From: a virus
IMG/VR virus record: IMGVR_UViG_3300037264_003623
Location: 45,084 to 109,083 of that record
Length of the DNA stretch: 64,000 nt
Strand: one strand, 5' to 3'
The notes under the pieces were generated by a model. It was not told the origin of the DNA and ran no database searches. It was given only the letters and a program-made list of their open reading frames with translations. Of the stretch, positions 42,701 through 51,496 are shown one piece after another. How positions within the stretch are numbered: position 1 is the first letter of the stretch; each line of letters opens with the position of its first letter. A program made the translations under genes and the position numbers.

Positions 42701-45079
42701 GCGGTGGCCCACAACTGTTACGACTCGATGTCCCCCTGCAACGAGGGGCTGCTGACCGCCACGGAAGGAGACCCGGACGCCCTGGAATTCTGTCGGACGC
42801 AGTGCCCGCTGACGGAGAAGCGGTCGAACCTCGACGCCGAAGGCAACCAGGATGGGTGGAAATACATCGGGTGCGGCGGGAAGGCACGGCACTCCGAGGG
42901 GTTCCAGACCAGGGCCAACATGATCCTGGCGAAGAAGATGAACCGGGGGACGGACGTCTTCGAGAACGAGTACGAGAACAACCGGCCCAAGTGGATGCAG
43001 CCGATCTACAACCCCGAGCTCGTCGACCAGATTCTCGTGCCCGAGACGTGGCCGCTGCCATCGGCCTCGGACGCGGAGGCCCCTGACGTCGTGGCGGGTA
43101 GGGTCATGGGTGATAGCGGGTTCGAGATCGTCGAGAAGTCGGTGGGGATCGACTGGGGGTTGGAGGGGCAGACCGCTCTGGTCCTGGCGGCCCTGATTCG
43201 GTTCCATCGTTCGAGGCCGGTGGTGCCCTCCAAGGGTCTCCCGGATGGACCGCCGGTCGACTGGTGCATCGGGATCCTGGAATCCGAGTTCCTGTCGGGG
43301 AAGCTCACGTCCGAGGCCATTAAGGTCCTCATGATGTGGCAGGAGATGTACGGGGAGAACAACTTCTTCGTCTACGGCGACGCGAGCCACCCATTCAACA
43401 ACCTGGAGGTCGAGCAGGCCGGGTTCAACACCAACAACGTGCAGTTCGCCAAGTGGAAGGACTATGGGGTGGGGAACTGCATCAAGTATCTCGTGACGCC
43501 GGGCAAGCTGTTCATCAGGGAGAACCTGCACACCCTCCTGGATCAGATGAAGCGGTACAGGAGGGACAAGTTCGGGAGGCCGATTAAGAAGGACGACCAC
43601 GGTCCTGACGCATGGATGTCCTATCTCGATGCCAAGACGAGAGTTATAACACGTTCGGGATGGACCCCGGTGGGAAGGCTGGGTGTGGGGGTTGAAGTTC
43701 TGACGCATGCCGGAAGGTTTCGTCCGATCGTCAGGTATGAGCCCGCCCGCTACACGAGAGGGAGTCTTGTGGAGGTGAACTTTGCGGGTCAGACGCATCC
43801 GGTCGATGCCCATCGAGTGACTCTTGAACATCCGTTCCAGCTTGATGATGGTTCATGGGTTGAGGCTGAGAACCTGAAGTCGGGGATGAGGGTCCGGTGT
43901 CTGGCCTCTCGATGTGCTAGGTGCGGGATGAAGATCCCCTGGTCGCGCAAGTTTTGTGACGGGTGCGTAGGGAAGGGACGTAACGTGAGATGGAAAAATC
44001 CTGGGGAGCGCGAGCGGGTAGAGGCCGAAAAGAAGGCGGAGGCTCTCCGATCCGAATACGCGACGGGAGCGCGAGACGCGGCCACGAACGCAAGGGCTGC
44101 GACAGCGGCTCGGGCCGACATGATCCGGTCGAACCCTGGGGAGAGAGAGAAGGTCCGAGAACATCTGAGAGCGATTCTTCCGCTGGTGAATACGCCCGAG
44201 AAGAGGGTACGGCAGTCACATCTGATGAAGATGCTTCACGCCAGGGAGGGATTCTTTGATCATCTTCGTACCCTTGAAGGGAGGGAGAATGCCCGTCAGC
44301 GGGTCATCGCACGGATGCTTGCTGATCGTCAGATTCCCTTCAACTGCCGTTTGAGGCACTTCACCGACATCGAGCGGGAGATGTTCGACTCGTTCGTGAG
44401 GGCGGGATTCGAGCCGGTTCATAATCTTCGGGTTGGACGATGGTTTCTTGACGTTGCTCTCCCGGAGTTGAAGGTCGCGGTGGAGTGCGACGGGGGAAAC
44501 TGGCACAACTCGAAGCAGGCTCGGGAGAGGGACGCCAAGAAGGACGCCTACTTGAGGGGACACGGATGGGAGGTGTTCCGGTTTTCAGGGAAACGGATCA
44601 AGGACGACGTGGACGGGTGCCGGGACGATGTTCTGCGGGTTGCGGCCAACCACGAGGGTCTCTACGAGTTCACTTCGATCGAGGTCGTCTCGGTGAAGAT
44701 CGTCGAGATGAAACGGCCACGGACGGCGTACCACTTTGAGGTGGAGGAGGACCGGAGCTACGTGGCCCGTGGGATCGTCTCCCATAACTGCTCGATGCTC
44801 CACTACCGGTTCGAGGAGAGGTTCCACGAGGTGTACGACATCGAGGCGGCCCCGCCGAAGGCCGCTTCCAGCGCGATGCCCATCCCCGCCCCCGTGGCGG
44901 GGGCGTTCGGGGTTGCCCCAGTCACCTGTTCGCCCGACTTCGGGGGGGATTCCTTCTCCCAGCCGGTCCTGTTCGGCGGCGTCCAGGCCCCTGCGATGGA
45001 TCGTCCGGCTGGTTCTCCTATTGACACAAGGGGCAAATCACGGAAGACTGGTGGTAACGGTTCCGTGGTCGTCATCTGA
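39707..45079 (+). CDS. terL: terminase large subunit with three inteins (about 664 aa after splicing)
   Basis: KGRGSGGT, STEQA, FIVDE, LSTF, GIDWG, YGDAS, KKDDHGPDA. Confidence 0.9.
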   Translation: MVSKPKTKVPKPDMAALRNDLTYLARLDGEISGRIKSQDPRTYGLPDLLRPKEDGETEEQLVDRQNREIKDLIEKQLWVLKDARRLAIKLSPPMVDFIATMFYRRANLAILWKGRGSGGTLCAAILVWLCLVYHRMSFTSMAGCLLPGTLVSTRRRGWVPVEDVSDDDEVVGRDGVVRRVVSKTSKEWDGPITKLEPHGFDGNFFTSDHRIWVLRDAVEEDKRGHLVGQDIRRWDTMSPEWVPCGEVTRRDVFVLPRPKRTGVLLPSLMVSTGVGGKGEKVEVPWTPDLCRFIGYWLAEGSVYRLKDGGRFVRFDVGKRDQWLDDLQDLIVRLFGRKPSYDEPGGDLTLEARVRFGSKDVAQFLEDNFGTGAVGKRIPWEMVVGLDDECAMALLAGFLRGDGAVDMTSRGGLDVSLYTVSPALSSGIYWLSLRLGLVPSLGISKPKNRSGFHKVHDGWRMRYGSIDADRLLEEAFGWRSQKERVSRQRRVWVSEDRVYVGVRDVKHSTYQGEVWDLEVEGDPSFSVPMMEVHNSTEQAKLIYQYTKSFWECFPVLSESLLEVDPLQTETRLKNGVILKIISASEKQTRGKHNPGFIVDESCQSSQNVDYLIQAAMQGSMSEPNHMVVVLSTFHYPIGLFQELWDYAEERGFKRFNWDCVLPGTWIITARGLIKIEEVVAGDLVLAENGRFETVERAWSSQVSGGAVRIFPYGWTEGIETTPDHRFKVRRDGRDDWVEASKIREGDDLVFPRPQRAGVSVDHLGSQISPDFARFLGYWYGDGWLDGNRVGISFGDPEKFKEDYLSLVGGLFKADVRLRHREPNEQGRFDNGPLADWMRTVGYRGGEKHVPIEMVLGMSDDALREFVTGMLRTDGCVTLANGVPVVKFTQVSSSVTCAVFLACARLGVFMAVDRRRQSTFVIEGREVSGQDWWMLRSGGRDTDRLMGWLGESTDRVMRNGQHSLDGDVYLTRVRKVERREYAGLVFDLAVKDVHSFSMPWAVAHNCYDSMSPCNEGLLTATEGDPDALEFCRTQCPLTEKRSNLDAEGNQDGWKYIGCGGKARHSEGFQTRANMILAKKMNRGTDVFENEYENNRPKWMQPIYNPELVDQILVPETWPLPSASDAEAPDVVAGRVMGDSGFEIVEKSVGIDWGLEGQTALVLAALIRFHRSRPVVPSKGLPDGPPVDWCIGILESEFLSGKLTSEAIKVLMMWQEMYGENNFFVYGDASHPFNNLEVEQAGFNTNNVQFAKWKDYGVGNCIKYLVTPGKLFIRENLHTLLDQMKRYRRDKFGRPIKKDDHGPDAWMSYLDAKTRVITRSGWTPVGRLGVGVEVLTHAGRFRPIVRYEPARYTRGSLVEVNFAGQTHPVDAHRVTLEHPFQLDDGSWVEAENLKSGMRVRCLASRCARCGMKIPWSRKFCDGCVGKGRNVRWKNPGERERVEAEKKAEALRSEYATGARDAATNARAATAARADMIRSNPGEREKVREHLRAILPLVNTPEKRVRQSHLMKMLHAREGFFDHLRTLEGRENARQRVIARMLADRQIPFNCRLRHFTDIEREMFDSFVRAGFEPVHNLRVGRWFLDVALPELKVAVECDGGNWHNSKQARERDAKKDAYLRGHGWEVFRFSGKRIKDDVDGCRDDVLRVAANHEGLYEFTSIEVVSVKIVEMKRPRTAYHFEVEEDRSYVARGIVSHNCSMLHYRFEERFHEVYDIEAAPPKAASSAMPIPAPVAGAFGVAPVTCSPDFGGDSFSQPVLFGGVQAPAMDRPAGSPIDTRGKSRKTGGNGSVVVI
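40136..41305 (+). mobile_element. intein 1 in terL, LAGLIDADG
   Basis: G|CLLPGT..TSDH..FIGYWLAEG..LAGFLRGDG..VHN|S. Confidence 0.92.
41678..42715 (+). mobile_element. intein 2 in terL, LAGLIDADG
   Basis: D|CVLPGT..TPDH..FLGYWYGDG..VTGMLRTDG..AHN|C. Confidence 0.92.
43619..44788 (+). mobile_element. intein 3 in terL, Ser1, DUF559/Vsr-like endonuclease
   Basis: M|SYLDAKT..TLEH..LDVAL..AVECDG..WH..GWEVFRF..SHN|C. Confidence 0.85.
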
Positions 45080-45096
45080 TCCGAAGGAGAACAGCG

Positions 45097-45393
45097 ATGA
45101 AGAACGTGTACGTTTCGTTCCCTCAGATGGGGGTGTCGGGCCCCGAGGCCGATTTCCTGGAGCCGATCGCCGAGGCGCTCGCCGACGCGGTCGCCGAGAG
45201 ATCGTTCACCATGTTCTTCCGCGACCGGGTCGGCGCGGTCCGGGTCCTCCTGGAGGACGCGGACAATCGCGACGACGCCGCCCTCGCGGTCGCCACAGGC
45301 GTCAACGCCATCACGGGAGGGACCTCCTTCAAGGCCGTCGAGATCGACTCGACGGGCACGAGGACCGAGCTCACCGACCCCGTCGTCCCGTAA
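45097..45393 (+). CDS. hypothetical protein
   Basis: RBS AAGGAG. Confidence 0.7.
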   Translation: MKNVYVSFPQMGVSGPEADFLEPIAEALADAVAERSFTMFFRDRVGAVRVLLEDADNRDDAALAVATGVNAITGGTSFKAVEIDSTGTRTELTDPVVP

Positions 45394-45434
45394 CGGGGTC
45401 GCCGTAGGTCCTTGCTGACATCGAAGAGGATCGT

Positions 45435-46142
45435 ATGGTTCCATCGCGGGGCGAGGACGGCCTGTCCGTCCTGAAGTCTGTCACCAGGGGGATGGTCGAG
45501 AAGTTCAATCCCTTCCACGACGAGCAGGGGCGTTTCACCAGCGCGTCGGGTGGGGAGAAGGAGTCGATGGGGCGCTCCGAGCGTGAGCTGGAGCAGAAGC
45601 ACGTCGACTACATCCACGCCAACGAGAAGGCGGGCAAGACGCCGGGCCCCCGCGGCCACTTCCTCCATTACACGACCAAGGCGGAGATGACCGGAAGGGA
45701 GCCAGAGGGCTGGAAGAAGTTGAACACCAAGATCGGCAACTACGAGGGGATGGCGAACGCCTACATCAAGAGGGGGACGGAGAAGGGGGCGGAGGGTTGG
45801 CAGAGGAAGCTCAATCTGGCGCGTGCCGAGACCATGCGGAAGGCCTCCGATCAGTACAAGAGGCAGAGGGACAAGATCGAGGTCCCGAAGGCCGAGGCCG
45901 CTCCTGCGTCCGCCGTTCCGAAGCCGGAGGAGAAGTCGATGGAAGCTGCCAAGGCCAAGATCCATCCGCTTCTTGCGGCGGACTTCAAGCTGATCGAGGA
46001 GGCGCACGGGTACAGCGCGGAGGAGGAGAGCAAGCTCCCACCCGAGGAGATCAAGCAGGTCAAGGTCGGTGCCGTGAAGGACGCCGTTCGGATCGGGATG
46101 ATCACGGCCGAAGAGGGCAAGGAAATCATCGACGGGCTGTAA
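45435..46142 (+). CDS. putative head-cargo protein with VEK|FNPFHDEQGRF tag
   Basis: Tag at 45501-45536. Confidence 0.7.
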   Translation: MVPSRGEDGLSVLKSVTRGMVEKFNPFHDEQGRFTSASGGEKESMGRSERELEQKHVDYIHANEKAGKTPGPRGHFLHYTTKAEMTGREPEGWKKLNTKIGNYEGMANAYIKRGTEKGAEGWQRKLNLARAETMRKASDQYKRQRDKIEVPKAEAAPASAVPKPEEKSMEAAKAKIHPLLAADFKLIEEAHGYSAEEESKLPPEEIKQVKVGAVKDAVRIGMITAEEGKEIIDGL

Positions 46143-46152
46143 GGAGGGATAG

Positions 46153-47298
46153 ATGTCCACCGAGAAGACTCCGTGGGAAGGACGCCTCGGGATCGAGGTG
46201 ATGGGCAAGATGCACGGATGCTGCGTCGGGACCATCGCCAAGTGGCGGCCCCAGATGATCGGGGTCAAGAAGGAGTGCTCCTACTGCGGCTCCTTCCTGA
46301 AGACGATCCGGGCGGGCGAGGTACTCTCCCCCGTCTTCACGGGCGGCATGCTGGAGCACCACCGGGACGTCGAAGAGCCCCCGATGGTCATCGGCGGGCT
46401 CTACTTCGCCTCGTACAAGTTCCCGACCGAGGAGGCCGTGAAGGCGTGGATGGGCGAGCGGGAGATCCCGGGGGACTTCGTCGGCAAGATCGACGACCAT
46501 GCCTTCTACCACCCCATCGACGACTCCCTCATGGTGAACTCCGTCCGGCTGATCTGGGTCGCCCCCGGCGTCGTGGGAGAGATCGGGGTGTCCGAGAAGC
46601 AGGTCGCCACGGGTGGGGGCCAGGCGTCCATGTCGTCCCCCGGAATGACGACCACATCCATCGCGTCCGGGGGTGATCTCTTCCCGGCCCAGGGCCCGGC
46701 GCAGGCTGCCGCCGAAGTCCCTGGCGTGCCGTCCGTGATCCAGGGGATCACCGACGTGCAGGACGGGCACCAGCACGAGTTCTTCCTGACGCCTACCCCC
46801 GAGGTCGGCGGGTGGAGGGTCAAGTCGTTCACGTCCTACAACAGCGGGCACGCGCACATGGTGGAGTGCTCCATCGGGGCGGGCGGAGAGATCGATACCA
46901 GGACGGCCCCGGACCAGACCCCCGTGGGCGGGCACGCGCACGCGCACCGGATCGCGTGGCCGGTCGGCAAGTCCTTCGGCGAGACGAAGCCCTACGAGAG
47001 GCAGTTCCGGGTCACCTCCGGCGACGTGGTCCTGCTCCGCCGGGCGGCGGGGATGGTGGACAACTTCTGCAAGAACATCCAGAATGGCAGGAGTGTCCTC
47101 GACTCCGCGAGCGACTTCCAGGCCCAGCTCTCCAGCGCGATCGAGAGGGCCAGGGGGCAGGTCACGGGCATGGAGGGGGTGGTCGCCATCAAGACCGCGG
47201 ACATCGAGCGCCTCCAGGGGTGCGCGAAGTTCATCGACGACATGGGCGACGGCCTCGCCATAAACATCGGGATGGAGAAGGGGAAGGAGCAACCATGA
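46153..47298 (+). CDS. head-associated protein with HxH metal-binding repeats
   Basis: KFPTEEAVKAWM; DGHQH, SGHAH, GHAHAH. Confidence 0.65.
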   Translation: MSTEKTPWEGRLGIEVMGKMHGCCVGTIAKWRPQMIGVKKECSYCGSFLKTIRAGEVLSPVFTGGMLEHHRDVEEPPMVIGGLYFASYKFPTEEAVKAWMGEREIPGDFVGKIDDHAFYHPIDDSLMVNSVRLIWVAPGVVGEIGVSEKQVATGGGQASMSSPGMTTTSIASGGDLFPAQGPAQAAAEVPGVPSVIQGITDVQDGHQHEFFLTPTPEVGGWRVKSFTSYNSGHAHMVECSIGAGGEIDTRTAPDQTPVGGHAHAHRIAWPVGKSFGETKPYERQFRVTSGDVVLLRRAAGMVDNFCKNIQNGRSVLDSASDFQAQLSSAIERARGQVTGMEGVVAIKTADIERLQGCAKFIDDMGDGLAINIGMEKGKEQP

Positions 47299-48515
47299 AC
47301 GAGGGACGCGACGTATGGAGCGGGGGCAACCTCTCCGAGAAGGGTGTCCAGGTCAACAAGTCGCTCCGCAGGGGCCTCGACATCCACAAGGGCATGGAGC
47401 TCTTCCCGAAGAAGGCGAAGCCCTCCGAGATCGATCAGACCCTCGAAGATCTCCAGGATGCCCAGGATTACATCGAGAAGGAGAGGAGACTCCGCAAGGT
47501 CGGAGGCCCTTTCGTCAATAGCCCCCTCGTCGAGAAGGAAGGTACCTCCGAGGGGGCGAAGCGCGGATGGGAGACCCGTCGAGAGGGTGGGGCCGGAGAT
47601 GAGGAGAAACCGACGGGTTCCTCCAAGGCCGAGCGTATGGGCATCCAGAACCCCGACTCCTCCGGCATGGGATCCCACCCGGACCACGACAAGCATCCCC
47701 TTCACGAGACCCTCGCCAACGCGGGGCTTGAGTATTCCCACTCGGTGGTGGTCAACCACGGGTCGGGGGACGACCGCGTCCATCACGCCTACAAGATCCC
47801 CGGAACCGACCGCCAGGTCGGGGTACACCAGACGGCGAAGGGCGACTGGATGTGGGAGTCGAGCAAGGCCGGTTCGGGCCGCATGAAGACGGGGGGAGAC
47901 GCGGCCTCCCTGGCCTCCCACCTCAAGAGGGCGGAGAAGGGCCTCGATGGCGACGAGTCGGTGCGGATCTCCAAGGACCAGGTCGAGAAGATCCTGAAGG
48001 ACGCAGGGTGGGACAAGCTCCCGCTCCCCGACAAGGCGAAGGAGGCACTGGAGGATCTGGTCAGCAACGGGGCGAAGCCGGTGTCCGAGTACACCGGGAA
48101 GATCATGGTGGAGCATGGGATTCCCGAGGAGCCACCGGCGTTCGTCAGGCCGAAGAAGCTGGAAGTCGGGGACATGGTGATCCCGATCGACTGGAGGTCC
48201 GTCGGGGCGTTCGGGGGAAAGTTCGACATGCCGATGGTGCCCCAGGCCGCCAAGGTGAAGAAGATCTACATGGGCCCCGCGAGGGTCTCGAAGAACGCCT
48301 ATCCGTTCGGAAGGACGCCTGCTGATCTCTCCAAGGTCGAGATGGTCACCGAGGATCGGATGTGGGGACTCGACCTGGAGGAGGGGAAGGTCAAGAAGGA
48401 CGACGACACTTTCCCCTCCCCTGTTTCTACCCGGGACACTACAATGGTACTTCGGATGGAGGCGCTGGCCTCGCCAGAAGGGGAGATCAACCCCGGCGCG
48501 GCATCGCCTCGTTGA
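47295..48515 (+). CDS. putative head-cargo protein with VEK|EGTSEGAKRGWETRR tag
   Basis: RBS AAGGAG; tag at 47535-47582. Confidence 0.72.
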   Translation: MNEGRDVWSGGNLSEKGVQVNKSLRRGLDIHKGMELFPKKAKPSEIDQTLEDLQDAQDYIEKERRLRKVGGPFVNSPLVEKEGTSEGAKRGWETRREGGAGDEEKPTGSSKAERMGIQNPDSSGMGSHPDHDKHPLHETLANAGLEYSHSVVVNHGSGDDRVHHAYKIPGTDRQVGVHQTAKGDWMWESSKAGSGRMKTGGDAASLASHLKRAEKGLDGDESVRISKDQVEKILKDAGWDKLPLPDKAKEALEDLVSNGAKPVSEYTGKIMVEHGIPEEPPAFVRPKKLEVGDMVIPIDWRSVGAFGGKFDMPMVPQAAKVKKIYMGPARVSKNAYPFGRTPADLSKVEMVTEDRMWGLDLEEGKVKKDDDTFPSPVSTRDTTMVLRMEALASPEGEINPGAASPR

Positions 48516-48516
48516 A

Positions 48517-48531
48517 CGCACACGGTGTGCG
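48517..48531. promoter_or_regulatory. 15-bp palindrome CGCACACGGTGTGCG, copy 4
   Basis: Perfect palindrome 1 nt after TGA 48515. Confidence 0.6.
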
Positions 48532-48548
48532 GTTTTTCGGAGGAGCCC

Positions 48549-48968
48549 ATGAACCTTGGAAACTACGCGAGATCGGGGGCTGGCAAGGTGTCCAAGTCCC
48601 AGCGGGCGCGGGAGGGCGACGTCAACAAGCAGTTCGACCCGACCAAGCAGCCCCGCGTGCCGTCGAACATCCCCGGGGCGGGGCCGCAGGGCGTCCCCCC
48701 GGCGGATCGCGACGAGATGGCCGCCTTCGCCAGGACCGGGAACGCGGAGATGATCCCGCAGGTGGTCGCGGCTCAGACGGGCCTCGCCTCCCACGGGCCC
48801 GCGCTGGCCTCCTCGCTCGCCCGGATGGGCGGGCAGGTGCGCCTGTCGCCGGGGCAGTTCCGCGCCTGGGCGAACCCGCAGGACCCGGCCCCGAAGCCCT
48901 CGACGCAGGTCACGAGCGATGCGTCGAAGCCGGGTTCGCTGCCGCCTCCGGCCCCCCCGGTGTACTAG
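48549..48968 (+). CDS. putative head-cargo protein with VNK|QFDPTKQPRVP tag variant
   Basis: RBS GGAGG; Pro-rich. Confidence 0.62.
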   Translation: MNLGNYARSGAGKVSKSQRAREGDVNKQFDPTKQPRVPSNIPGAGPQGVPPADRDEMAAFARTGNAEMIPQVVAAQTGLASHGPALASSLARMGGQVRLSPGQFRAWANPQDPAPKPSTQVTSDASKPGSLPPPAPPVY

Positions 48969-49000
48969 CTGGGCGGGAACCTGAATGACGGAGTGGAGCG

Positions 49001-49588
49001 ATGGCCCAGAGCCATGTCTACAAGGTGATCCCCGCGTCAAAGGCGGCGGAGGACGAGGCCGCCCTGAACGCTTTCGCGAAGGAAGGCTGGAGTCTCCTCG
49101 GGGGCACCGGCGGGAACCTCTACCTCGTGAAGGCGTTGGCCCCCCATGAGACGGGGGGAAGGGTCGACCCTGATGTCAAGGTCGCCAAGGTTTGTGCGAA
49201 CTGCGGCTCCTTCGAGACCGTGAAGGACACGGACGGGGTGGGTCGATGCCCCGAATGGAATCTCCTGGTGGAGGCATCCGGAGGGTGCGGGAAGTTCAAG
49301 ACGAGGGGCATGACCGAGAAGTCCATCCCGGACGAGGTCAGCGCATGGCACTGGACGCCGAGGACGGAGATTGGCGAGAAGCGGATCGAGGCGATCACGA
49401 CCCAGGGGTCGGGGGTCGCCTCCCCGGAGCACAAGCACCGGGTCATGGTGATCCGCGCCAAGGATGGCTCCGTCGTGAGGGGAAAGACCGACGTTGTGAA
49501 TGGACACGACCACCTCATCAAGTTTATGGGGATGGTCGAGGAGGCGGACGGGCACGGTCACACTTTCCTGCTTCCGCAGGAGTCATGA
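49001..49588 (+). CDS. multi-module protein (DUF4177-like start, CxxC, HxH repeats)
   Basis: YKVI..LNAFAKEGW; CANC; EHKH, NGHDH, DGHGH. Confidence 0.6.
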   Translation: MAQSHVYKVIPASKAAEDEAALNAFAKEGWSLLGGTGGNLYLVKALAPHETGGRVDPDVKVAKVCANCGSFETVKDTDGVGRCPEWNLLVEASGGCGKFKTRGMTEKSIPDEVSAWHWTPRTEIGEKRIEAITTQGSGVASPEHKHRVMVIRAKDGSVVRGKTDVVNGHDHLIKFMGMVEEADGHGHTFLLPQES

Positions 49589-49602
49589 AGGAGGATTGAG
49601 AG

Positions 49603-49974
49603 ATGGGAACCTTCACCACGAGTGCGACGATGGGGCTCTCGACGAGCGACGGGATCTCCCTGTCCAAGATCGTCAACGGCGACGCCATGAACGCGAAGGC
49701 GCTGCTCGACGACAACTTCGGGGCCCCGGTCAGCGTCGACCTCGCCCCGATCTGTCTCAGCATCGCCGACCCGAAGTGGGCGCTGCTGGTCTGCGACGGC
49801 GACGGGGCGCAGCTCAAGTTCGACGGCGTGGCCGCCTTCACGAACAAGGCGTACAAGGCGATGATGCTCCAGCTCACGCCGAACAGCCCCGGTCCGTCGG
49901 GCGTGCTCGACCTGGAGCTCCAGACGAACGGAACCTCCGCGCAGAGGATCCGGTTCATCTGCACAGGCGACTAA
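49603..49974 (+). CDS. putative virion protein
   Basis: RBS GGAGG; beta-rich. Confidence 0.6.
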   Translation: MGTFTTSATMGLSTSDGISLSKIVNGDAMNAKALLDDNFGAPVSVDLAPICLSIADPKWALLVCDGDGAQLKFDGVAAFTNKAYKAMMLQLTPNSPGPSGVLDLELQTNGTSAQRIRFICTGD

Positions 49975-49995
49975 CCCCGGCGGTAGTGAGGGATC

Positions 49996-50898
49996 ATGCA
50001 GACCCCCGAGTCTGCCAGGATGCGGCTCTTCGCGGGGGGCCTGCGGCCTGAGAACCAGGCTGTAGGCTCCCCGCTTGGTATTGGCCTTCTGTCCAAGATG
50101 AAGTCGTCCGCTGGAGGGCGTCAGTGGCCCCCGGCAGCCCCCAAGGAGGCCGACTTCACCGTGGTGGACATGATGTGCCAAGCTCTTCTTGGGGGCCAGG
50201 AGACCCTGGTCGAGCCCATCGGGGTGGGAATCCACAGGCCGTACAGGGTCGAGTTCCTCGACGGGATGGACTCCGGCCCGATGACCACGAGGCGGGCCGC
50301 CCTCAAGACGATCTACTGCCAGTACGAGAACAAGCGGTACTGCGCCTCTGTGGACTTGGATGTGACGGGGCCGGAGCGGGAGATCCTCTCCTTCGAGCTG
50401 GACCGCATGTTCGGGTTCGACCTGGTGCCCCCGACCGTGGGGAGAGAGATCGAGAAGGTCGGGTTTGGGAGCGTCCAGGCGTGGGTGGACTGTCCGACGG
50501 CGTGGCAGTGGATCGAGCGGGGCTACGACTACCGCGAGGACAAGACGAACCCCTGGCTCCACCGGCTTGCTGCCTTCGACTTCATCCGGGGTGAGATCGA
50601 TCGACACTCGAACAATTTCATCATGGACGACCAGCGGCGGGTCTACGCCATTGACAATGGGTACTCCATCGTGAAGGGTGACGACCGGACCTGGATGAGG
50701 TCGAGCGCGGGGAAGCACCTGGTGGGCACGCCCATCCATCCCGGAGTCATGGTGCAGATCCAGGCGATCGACGAGGGAAAGGCGTTCGACCTCGTGGACC
50801 GTGGCCGCTTCAAGAGCGGCGAGGCCGACGGGGTGGTCAAGCGGATCAGGGAGATGAAGGGTCTGACGGAATGGCGGAAGCTCGGCGATCTCTGGTAG
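49996..50898 (+). CDS. HipA/PI3-PI4K-like kinase
   Basis: REILSFELD, LVPPTV, GSVQAWV, FDFIRGEIDRHSNN, YAIDNGYS. Confidence 0.85.
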   Translation: MQTPESARMRLFAGGLRPENQAVGSPLGIGLLSKMKSSAGGRQWPPAAPKEADFTVVDMMCQALLGGQETLVEPIGVGIHRPYRVEFLDGMDSGPMTTRRAALKTIYCQYENKRYCASVDLDVTGPEREILSFELDRMFGFDLVPPTVGREIEKVGFGSVQAWVDCPTAWQWIERGYDYREDKTNPWLHRLAAFDFIRGEIDRHSNNFIMDDQRRVYAIDNGYSIVKGDDRTWMRSSAGKHLVGTPIHPGVMVQIQAIDEGKAFDLVDRGRFKSGEADGVVKRIREMKGLTEWRKLGDLW

Positions 50899-51482
50899 GG
50901 GCCCCGCAGCCGGTGGTGGCCGTCGACGTGGACGGGACCATCCTGTCCGAGAAGGACGGGTCCCTTCTTCCGGGTGCCCGCGAGGCGCTCGAACGCCTGA
51001 GAGCGACCGGGTGGCGGATCGTCATCTGGACGCACCGAGTGAACCTCGACGAGGTCAAGGCCGACCTGAAGAGGCACCGGATTCCCTACGACCACATCAA
51101 TGAGGACCCGGAGACGGACGCGAACGGGTTCTCGCGCAAGGTCTACTTCGACGCCACGGTGGACGACAAGGCGGTCCCGTTCGACGGGGATTGGGCCGCC
51201 GCGATCGGGGCATTGGAGAGGAAGAGGGCTGGGTGGAGGTCGGCGGGGGAGACGAAGGTTCGGATCATGGAGGCCAGGTCGGAATCTCCTCTGGCGGTCT
51301 TCTCACTCCGGGACGGGGTGGCCGTGGAGGAAACGGGTACCACGAGCAAGGCCGTCTTGGGTATGATAGAGGGCGGCATCGAGAACGAGGAAGGTCAGGT
51401 TGTTCGCCCCGGCGACGGGGAGATGTTCCTGAAGGCGCTCTCGGCCATGCGAGGCACGTACCTCTGGGCCGAGGCACGTTGA
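50871..51482 (+). CDS. HAD-family phosphatase fused to kinase-partner (immunity-like) domain
   Basis: VAVDVDGTI, IWT, K..FDATVDDKA; C-term VRPGDGEMFLKAL..GTYLWAE. Confidence 0.75.
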   Translation: MAEARRSLVGAPQPVVAVDVDGTILSEKDGSLLPGAREALERLRATGWRIVIWTHRVNLDEVKADLKRHRIPYDHINEDPETDANGFSRKVYFDATVDDKAVPFDGDWAAAIGALERKRAGWRSAGETKVRIMEARSESPLAVFSLRDGVAVEETGTTSKAVLGMIEGGIENEEGQVVRPGDGEMFLKALSAMRGTYLWAEAR

Positions 51483-51496
51483 AGAGGAGGTCAAAA

